Part shown: positions 54,985 through 64,000 of the stretch, piece by piece
How positions within the stretch are numbered: the first letter of the stretch is position 1
Layout of the letters: each line of letters starts with the position of its first letter
Source of the DNA: Octopus vulgaris
Taxonomy: Eukaryota
DNA: 64,000 nucleotides
Assembly: GCA_951406725.2 (NCBI GenBank)
Contig: OX597837.1
Coordinates: 12,710,001 to 12,774,000 of the forward strand
Direction: 5' to 3'
Translations under genes and position numbers: made by a program
Notes under the pieces: generated by a model
Seen by the model: only the letters and a program-made list of their open reading frames with translations
Database searches by the model: none
What the model was told of the DNA's origin: nothing

Positions 54985-55154
54985 AGGCGCCGGAGTGGCT
55001 GTGTGGTAAGTAGCTTGCTTACCAACCACATGGTTCTGGGTTCCGTCCCACTGCATGGTACCTTGGGCAAGTGTCTTCTACTATAGCCTCGGGCCGACCG
55101 AAGCCTTGTGAGTGAATTTGGTAGACGGAAACTGGAAGAAGCCCGTCGTATATG

Positions 55155-55196
<42 letters not shown>

Positions 55197-55680
55197 TATG
55201 TATGTACGTACGTACGTATGTATGTATGTATGTATGTATGTATGTATGTATGTATGTATGTATGTATGTATGTGTATATATTTGTGTGCCTGTGTTTGTC
55301 ATCCCAACATCGCTTGACAACCGATGCTGGTGTGTTTACATAGGCGCCGGAGTGGCTGTGTGGCAAGTAGCTTGCTTACCAACCACATGGTTCTGGGTTC
55401 AGTCCCACTGCGTGGTACCTTAGGCAAGTGTCTTCTACTATATTTCGGGCCGACCGAAGCCTTGTGAGTGAATTTGTTAGACGGAAACTGGAAGAAACCC
55501 GTCGTATATGTATATATATGTGTGTTTTTGTATGTATGTATGTACGTACGTATGTATGTATGTATATTTGTATGTATGTGTGTATGTTTGTGTGCCTGTC
55601 TTTGCCATCCCAACATCGCTTGACAACCGATGCTGGTGTGTTTACGTCCCCGTAACTTAGCGGTTCTGCAAAAGAGACCA
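54985..55680 (+). mobile_element. Two tandem SINE family A copies
   Basis: Heads GGCGCCGGAGTGGCTGTGTGG at ~54986 and ~55343. Confidence 0.85.
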
Positions 55681-56289
55681 ACAGCAAGGCCCAGCTGGAG
55701 GCCAAGATCAAGGAGGTGTTGGAAGATCTTCCCAGGGACACTCTGAGGTACGCATGCACCAGGTTTCGTAGTCATGGAAGTTGATGGTGGCTACTTTAAA
55801 CTGTTATCTTCCAGCCACAACCTAGGTGGTAATTTTTTTTTTCACATTTAAAGTACTCCTATCGTGGGATAGGATTTTCTTTTCCCTTTTATGCAAAGCC
55901 TAAGCTTTAGCCCGGACGTCCTATATGCATATAGGCTAATCGGTATACATGATGCCTTATCTAATTAGGTACGTCCATGATTTGGGGTCGATGAACGTTA
56001 TGAAAGAGACGAAAGTTCTCCCAATATTAAGATAAATCTAAATTATTCCTTAACACGCATTCACATACTTATACAATCGTAGTTTGAATACTTGTTAGTT
56101 TTCAAGTCAATGCAAGTGACTTTGATATTAAAAGACCATTCTTTACTGTCTTATTCAATCATATTTCACTAGAAGCAGTGGATCTATTTCATGCGCTAAA
56201 TATAATTAAAGCCAGGGTTGCCATGGGTGGAATGAGGTCTAACCCAGGCCTGGTGTTTTAGAGATGACCGAGCAACAACAGTTAGCGTT

Positions 56290-56476
56290 TGTGCAATTAC
56301 GTCACGAGCAGAATTCACGTGACATCAAGGCATTCATGGGAAAGTGAAATGAATTACATGAAGGAGGGAATTAGCTCCGATTCTGTTGTGGCCTGAGTTA
56401 AGAGCGATCGCCCGTTTTATTGTATACGAGGAAGAACAAGGATGGACACGAGGAAAATGACAAAGAAACGGTAAGT
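56290..56476 (+). promoter_or_regulatory. Putative promoter/non-coding exon 1 of gene 6 (TCACGTGAC 56315, donor GT 56471)
   Basis: Diverged homolog that retains GACAAAGAAACG|GTAAGT. Confidence 0.6.
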
Positions 56477-56648
56477 AAAGAAAAGAGGAACAAACCCACA
56501 CGCACGCACACACAGACACAGACACACGCACACACACACACGCACACGCACGTATAAAGGTACACATACAGATATATGTATGTGTGTGTGTATGTGTGTG
56601 TGTGCATGCATACATAAAATATACATTTATGTATACATACATACACTG

Positions 56649-56688
<40 letters not shown>

Positions 56689-56689
56689 T

Positions 56690-56753
<64 letters not shown>

Positions 56754-57465
56754 TGTATATATATATATATATATTGTTGTATTTCGGGACGGTCATTTTT
56801 TTCTTTCGACAAATAAATACACGCACTGTATATTTTTCTTCGCTCGTATATTACTGTTCTTATTTTATCATTCTAACTCATGTGCATTGTCCGGAAATCT
56901 TTCATCACACATCTGTGACCTCTTCAGCCACACTTTCTGTTGTAGGCTCGAAATGTAAAAGACCTTCTCACCTTCCCGAGCCTCAGACTAATACACCTGC
57001 TTGTTGTTTATACACCTGTCTTCGTCTTTTGTTTTTCTATAAACTTTAGCTTAATACAAAGAAATTTTTAAATATATAAAAATTGATTAAAATTTTTGAA
57101 TTTGCAATAAAAAGCAAAATTATACAAAAACTGCAGAAAACACATCTGTTACAAAGAAATATATTTTTAAACAATTTTTATTATAAAGTAACGTCATTTT
57201 CTAAATAAAAAGTTTAATTATTAATTGTTTTTAATGAGTATTTTTTTAAATATTAATATGCATATATTTTAATTCGTAAGTATAAGAATCAAAATTAATA
57301 TGAAATCAAAGAAAATCAAAACTTTTATACCAATTTAATATTTTTGACAGAGTTGTCACCAAAGTGTTCAAAGTCCGAGAGTTTCGTGCGTTGGCAATTA
57401 TCGAACTTTGATAAGTAGCAGCGCCCGAAACTCGCGGACCTTGAGTTACTTTGTTGCTTCTGCTT

Positions 57466-57510
<45 letters not shown>

Positions 57511-58522
57511 ACACACTCACACGCACACAAACACACACACATGTAAGCAATGCATTGCAAGCCACACTAAAATTTGCAAAAACATTTTTCTGCGTGCAGG
57601 GTACGCGTCGCCTCTCGGATGCCTTTTATTTTTTCATTTAATATTGATTTCTTACGTTTCAGTAAATGCACCATATTCGAGTGATTCCTGCTTCAATTGA
57701 GAATTTTAAGAGACAAAGAAATACTCCAAGAACTTTATTTCTCAACTTCACCAATTTTCCCCAGCGACATTTGTTACTGAACTAAAATTTCCTGAAGTTG
57801 GATCCTCGGTTTTTACCACCTTTTAAATACACCAAATGGAATGATTCAACATGGAATAGATACTATATTCTAAATACCACCACACTGGTACATTGAACTG
57901 ATACAAAATATAATTAAACAAACAATACAAACCATATTGCAGACACAGCTTTCAAGGAATTTACTACCATTCTGTATCACAGCTACATTCTGTATTGAAA
58001 AAAAATATTATATGCATCACAGAAGCGAGTGGAAGTGAACACGCTTCTCTCAAAACCAGTCGGTAACCTCATTTCTTTCAGCAGTTTCTTATGGAACGAG
58101 TGAGCTGTCATAATTACTGTAGACAGAAAGAACTCGAAATTGTGCTGTTAATTCCTGTACCAAACTTTACGGAATATTAAAAAAATTCCAGAACCTGTAT
58201 TCTCTCTAACTTATTGACACAACTCTGCGCATCCACAGTTATTTTGTATTCCTATTTCGAAACAAAGCAGGAACTAAATAAATGACCAAATGGTCATAAC
58301 TGACGATTATCGATACTTGCTTTGATTGTGATTGATTAATGACTTTCGGATTTATCGATAACAACTTACGCATCCATAGAATTCAGTTGTTAAAAGGGAT
58401 CTAATGTCACCCTCTTACGTTTCTTTGGATATTTTAAACTTACAATGCACACGGATTAATATATTTCAGACATTAAACACCAAGCAAAACTTTATGAAGA
58501 AATAGTAAAAAGAAACGTAATA

Positions 58523-59959
58523 ATGTCGAAATTTACCAAGGAAATTAAGCGTTATTATTCGTGTCGATGGAGATTATGCTATGCTTGTGGTGTGGCTTTT
58601 CTTCTGCTTCAGACTTTAAGAGTTGATCTTGGTATGGCTTTTGTATGCATGTTGAAAACACCCAATCGTACAAATGAGGACGTTAACAATTCTACAAACG
58701 ACCAACTTTGTTCTGGTTTGGTAAATCATTCCACGAACCAAACTTTCGAAGGAGAGTTCGAATGGAGCAACTCACTACAATCTAACATGTTGGCTGGGTA
58801 CTTCTATGGGTTTCTAGTGACTGTATTTGGTGGCGTATTGGCGGACAAATATGGTGGGAAAAGGGTTCTGGGAGCTTCCCTTCTCTCAGCATCAATTTTG
58901 ACCATTCTTCATCCAAGTTTATCTCGAATTAGTGGTTACTTTACGCTTGTTCTAAGGATATTAACAGGAGCAGCATCGGGGCTGTTGACTCCAGCAATTC
59001 AGTCCTTATTTGGACGTTGGGGACCTCCACAAGAGATAAGTTTATTCATAGGGGTTGCATATGCAGGTCAAATTCTAGGTAATATTGTGGGTCTTTCAAT
59101 ATCAGGTTACCTTTGCGTATATGGATTTGATAATGGATGGGGATCTATATTTTATGTATTCGGTGGAATGTCGTTGCTGTTTTGTTGTGTGTGGTTTTAT
59201 ATTGTTCACGATAATCCAGAAGTCCATCCCACAATCAGCGATGAAGAACGTTCTTACTTAAACAAAGCTATAAAATGTCAGAACGCAGTTAGAAGGGTGC
59301 CGTGGAAACGGTTGATGTTATCACCAGCTGTCTGGGCAGTCAACTTTGCTATGTTTGCTTATGCCTGGACGAATGTATCGTTCCAGACATTGCTACCTCT
59401 TTATATGAAAGAAACCTTACAAGTTAATACAACAGTCAACGGTTTAATGTCGTCTGCTCCTTCCATTGGACAAATCATTGCTCTTCCGTTGTGTGGAAGA
59501 TTTGCAGATTTTTTACGCTCGAACAGATATCTCTCGACTCGAGCTATACGAATTTTATTCCAGACTTTTTCTATGGTGGCTTCAGCAAGTTTGTTGATCG
59601 TCATAGGATTTCTCAGATGTGACAAATCCATACTAATAACGCTGCTCTTCTTTCTCAGTGGTATAACTCTATCATTTTCCAGTGGTGGAGTTCTCGTCAA
59701 CAATAATGACTTTGCTCCAAGTTATGCCGGTGTTGTATTTGGAATCTGTAGCTTCTTTGGCGCAATAGCAGGCAGCCTTTGTTCCGTGGCTGCAAAAGCT
59801 CTCACCCCAAACGGTACACAAGAAGAATGGCAGATCGTGTTTGCGTTGTGTGCTGCTATATGTGTGTCTGGTGCAATATTATTTGCAATATTAGTAAAAA
59901 CTGAGACGCAAGTTTGGGCGAGATGGGAAGAACCTAAAACAGAAATAGAAATGAAATAA
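58523..59959 (+). CDS. SLC17A5-like: SLC17/sialin-like transporter, paralog 6 (478 aa)
   Basis: Intact ORF; 3' half near-identical to paralog 4, N-terminal part closer to paralog 5. Confidence 0.93.
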   Translation: MSKFTKEIKRYYSCRWRLCYACGVAFLLLQTLRVDLGMAFVCMLKTPNRTNEDVNNSTNDQLCSGLVNHSTNQTFEGEFEWSNSLQSNMLAGYFYGFLVTVFGGVLADKYGGKRVLGASLLSASILTILHPSLSRISGYFTLVLRILTGAASGLLTPAIQSLFGRWGPPQEISLFIGVAYAGQILGNIVGLSISGYLCVYGFDNGWGSIFYVFGGMSLLFCCVWFYIVHDNPEVHPTISDEERSYLNKAIKCQNAVRRVPWKRLMLSPAVWAVNFAMFAYAWTNVSFQTLLPLYMKETLQVNTTVNGLMSSAPSIGQIIALPLCGRFADFLRSNRYLSTRAIRILFQTFSMVASASLLIVIGFLRCDKSILITLLFFLSGITLSFSSGGVLVNNNDFAPSYAGVVFGICSFFGAIAGSLCSVAAKALTPNGTQEEWQIVFALCAAICVSGAILFAILVKTETQVWARWEEPKTEIEMK

Positions 59960-60137
59960 CCGAACTAGATTCCTGAGACTTTTTTTGCCGGTTGGCAATT
60001 TCTTTCTAATATATGAAGATATGCATAGCAATTTATATGTATGTATGTATGGATGGATGGATATATATATATATAAGGTAAGTATGTATGTATCTATGTA
60101 TGTTCGTATGTATGTCTGAATAGAGCAATATATACAC

Positions 60138-60208
<71 letters not shown>

Positions 60209-60210
<2 letters not shown>

Positions 60211-61146
60211 CCGGTTACTATTTGGATTACGAATAGGCCTGGATTACCTAGAGGCCGGAGGATTTGCGTCTGCTGTGATTTTTTAACTTTTGAACTGTTT
60301 TCTTTCTTTCTTCCATCATTTTGTGACTTTCTTTTTTTCTTGAACTGTTTTCTGTCGTTTTTTTATCCTTCTTTCTTTTTGTACTTTTTGCCCTGAACTC
60401 TTTGGACCTTCTGTTGAACTTTTTCTTACAAGAAACATTGACGAAGAAACAGGACACTGCTTTGGAGTGGGAGATTTCCCACCCAACGAGTGGATGAAGG
60501 ATTTGGAAGAGAGGACGGTGGTGTTGAGAACATACTCCAAGTCGCTCGACTCCATCGTCTTCTTCCAAAAAATCGACAAAAAGTACAGCGAGAGTTGGCG
60601 AAGTATACGCCAACTATAGAATTTATTTCCAGGAGTGGCAAATATGCGACGGTGTGGTTGCTATTTGACACCCCTGAAGAGGATCGCAATTTTGCGAGTC
60701 AGCCCTTAGAGGGCGAGGAAATATTGTTTCTTCCCACGTATTGTGGGAAGAAGTTGACAAGGGCTTGGGTCTGTGGTTTGCCACCCGGAATAGAACCCGA
60801 GTGGATTGAACACACTATCCGCCGGGGCCTGGATGGCAGCGGAGCCAAGCTCCTCAATGTAAAAATTTTGCCTGCGGTTTATTGGGTGGGGTCAAAAGCG
60901 GTTTTGACCCTGTGGACCCAATCAACCAAGAATCTGGTATTCCCGGATTTTTTAATGGCTGGTTCTAGATATCCGGTGATTCTTGAGGGTCGCCCTCCCA
61001 CTCCAGGTGTCATCAGTGCCTGGAGCCTGGCCATATAAAGAAAAACTGTCCCCAGGAACAAAGTAAGGTCCTGATGGACCTCTGTAGAAAGGGGTACGAA
61101 GGCGGCTGAGGAGGCAGAGGACTCCACAAAGAAGGGCTGCAAATAG
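60209..61146 (+). mobile_element. Tx1/L1-type ORF1 element fragment (duplicate of 46612-47550)
   Basis: Near-identical sequence at ~13.6 kb offset. Confidence 0.7.
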
Positions 61147-61859
61147 GATTTGGCTCCTTGCCATACTTCCCATAAGAGTCATGATTGAGTATTGGAGGAT
61201 ATCTACGACTTCCTCTGCTCTAATTTCTGCCATCCTGATTCCTCCGATTCTAATTCCGCTAAACGTGTGGAGGGAATGCTAAGAAAGACACCGACCATAC
61301 TACCTACAGCACCAAGGCCGAGCTGGTGACCAAGATCAATGAGATGTTTGAAGATCTTCTAAAGACACAGTGAGGAACGCATACACCATGTTCCAGAACT
61401 CTGTTGAGGCTGTTACGAAAGCTGAGAACGGATAACTTTAAATAAAATGTTATTTCTCAGCCATTATCTAGTTGATATTTTTTTGTAATTTAAATTACTG
61501 TTATTTTTGGATTGTATATTGTATTTTCTTGTCCCTTAATGCGCATGTGCTAGTCAGTATACATAATGCCTTATCTAATTAGGTACTTTTATGATTTAGG
61601 CTGAATGAAAGTAATGTAACAGACGATTGACTCCCCAGTATAATTATACGTATAATTTATTCCTTTACACGTGTTCACACTCTCAGAGACTTGCAGTGTT
61701 GAATATTTTTAGATTAGAAGTAACTTTAGGATCATATATTACTTGACATTGTAGATTTATTACAAATACACTTATAAGTGAAGACAACGTTTCATAATTT
61801 CTACGAAGTCTACCGCAGACGTGGCATTTCAAGGATTGTGGAACGTCAACAATTAAATC

Positions 61860-62049
61860 GAGTGCAATTATGTGAGTAGCGGATTCACATGAGATGAAGG
61901 CGGTCATGGGAGAGTGAAAGGAGCTAAATATAAAAGAGAGGAATTTGTTCGGATTCCGTTGCAGGCTGACGTAAGAGCGACCACCATTTTTATTGTATAT
62001 GAGGAGAAGCAAGGATAGACGTGAGGAAGATGACAAAGAAACGGTAAGT
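61860..62049 (+). promoter_or_regulatory. Putative promoter/exon 1 of a seventh gene beyond the window (donor GT 62044)
   Basis: Near-identical to 48260-48450. Confidence 0.55.
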
Positions 62050-62133
62050 AAAGAAAAGACGAACAAACCCACACGCACACACTCTCACGCACACTGAAAC
62101 AATAATAGTAATTAGTATTATTATTATTATTAT

Positions 62134-62213
<80 letters not shown>

Positions 62214-62381
62214 TTATTATTATTATTGTTATTATTATTATTATTATGTTTTTTCCTTCTTTCTTCAAATTTTCTTCCGTTTCTCGCCGAGTGTTTTCCA
62301 TACATTGTGTGTGTATGTATGTATGTATGTATGTAAAATTTTGAATTTAGTTCACGGACCCCTAATACTACCTTTGCGGTA

Positions 62382-62440
<59 letters not shown>

Positions 62441-63266
62441 TATCTATATATAAAACTGAAATGCGTTTTTACCGCTTGGTTCGCTTTCAATGCCACTACA
62501 TCCCGTCCGATTCGCTCCAAAATTTACAGGGACATGTAGAATGAGGTGACGATGCGCGTGGGCTACCTTAGAAATCCCTATCTTAAAAGGTGTGGTTGCT
62601 AGGGGCCATCTTCCTACCTCACCCTATTTCCTCCAGTACTCTGTCACTCCTCTTCATTTGACAATGCAACTACCGTTATTTAATGTAAAGTCTTCCTCAA
62701 ATCACTCTGTAGCTATTTACTCTCTTCCAAGAACATTTTCACTCACTCTATCTCTTACCTTCCTATACATTTTACTCATGTATCTCTCAGCGTTCATGGA
62801 CAGTAACAAATATTACTCGCCATCCCCATCGCCATCGCATTCTATTGTCTACCTGTCAACACACACACACACACACACATATATATTCATATATCTAATA
62901 TTATATTTTTATTTTTATGTTTTGGTTTTTGGTTTTTTACTGTTTCATTTCCCTATTAGTGGTTTTATCTCTAATTTAATTTCTACAGCGTGCACACACA
63001 CACACACACACACACACCTATATGTAGCCCCAGTACACCCGAATGAAATCGGGTTCTCTTCATCAAAATGTGAAAAGGGGTCTACAATTATCATCGCCAC
63101 AACTTATGTATGTCTTCCTCACTCACTCACTCTTTTTCCTAATGATAATTATCATCGCCACCACCAACACCACCAACACACAATCTGGACAATCTTTCTC
63201 TTATAACAAATCATGTTTACATTACAACGACGTCTGTCACCTCCGCCGTCTCTATTTATTCTGCAA

Positions 63267-63462
63267 ATGACCAGAACTCGGGAAACTTAGTTTAGTGTTC
63301 TATGGTCTATGACCAGAACTCGGGAAACTTGGTTGAGTGTTCTATGGTCTATGACCAGAACTCGGGAAACTTGCTTGACTGTTCTATGGTCTATGACCAG
63401 AAATCGGGAAACTTGGTTGAGTGTTCTATGGTCTATGACCAGAACTTGGGAAACTTGGTTGT
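63267..63462 (+). repeat. 42-bp minisatellite (ATGACCAGAACTCGGGAAACTTGGTTGAGTGTTCTATGGTCT), ~4.7 copies
   Basis: Read directly; no spacers, so not CRISPR. Confidence 0.92.
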
Positions 63463-64000
63463 GTCCTCATCTTATAAAATGTGGCCCCAGTAGACCCAAA
63501 TTAAATCGGGTTATATTAACCAAAAGGTGAAAAGGGGTATAAATGGGGCTGGAAGGATTAAAATTTAAAGGAGCGGGTGTTTAGCAATTCTCTGTTACAT
63601 CAAGCTAAAAAGTTTGCTCCAGCCTTTTAATCGTCTATGTGTTGCCATCCATGATGAAGAAGTTTTGAATGCTTGCCATCGTGAGTCTACTGTCGTGAGA
63701 AAGAATCAAGTCAAAACTTGTTTTTTAGGGATTTTCTTTTACATCAAGTTCAAACTTTTACGCCAGCCGTTGAACTGTCAATACGTTGCTGTCCGTCGTT
63801 AAGAAATGCCAGCCATGGTGACTCTACTATCCTCAAATTCTATCCCTTCAAACTTTGGTTTCCAATATTTTATTATTTTTATTCAGCTCGCAAGTTCGTC
63901 TGTCCCTTTTAAACGTTAGTGTTTTGCTGTCTGTCTTGAAGCAGACCTTTCCTTTGTAACTGCCTGATATTTATGATTGATCTTTCTAAATATTTTATTT

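Noticed and set aside
63267-63462. CRISPR-like array
   Set aside because: Contiguous 42-bp tandem units without unique spacers; eukaryotic context and no cas genes.

Overview
AT-rich, microsatellite-dense animal DNA, most likely an octopus (coleoid cephalopod). This is inferred from the tRNA-derived SINE families, the very large (TA)n/(TAGA)n/(TAA)n load and the sialin expansion. The backbone is a head-to-tail (+ strand) array of six SLC17/sialin-like MFS anion-transporter genes with intronless coding sequences: 4747-6210, 20333-21796 (one in-frame TGA), 33537-35000, 44930-46366, 52771-54231 and 58523-59959. Paralog comparison shows a repeated gene unit: a promoter-like block, a short non-coding exon ending GACAAAGAAACG|GT(A/G)AGT, a long TE-filled intron, and a conserved acceptor module before the CDS. 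An extra promoter/exon-1 at ~61.5-62.05 kb predicts a seventh gene beyond the window. The paralogs lack the TM4 acidic residues typical of SLC17 proteins and differ mostly at pocket-lining positions. The intervening DNA holds SINEs, Tx1/L1, Dong/R4, RTE and Penelope-like fragments, a Helitron, a hAT MITE and Tc1/mariner fossils. It also holds many fold-back palindromes and several hammerhead-ribozyme motifs, including two head-to-tail hammerhead-bearing units (361 bp and 474 bp) that look like retrozyme/Penelope-type circRNA templates inside the predicted first intron of gene 4. Nearly all short ORFs in the ORF track are microsatellite or SINE noise. All alignments were done by eye, and TE boundaries are approximate.
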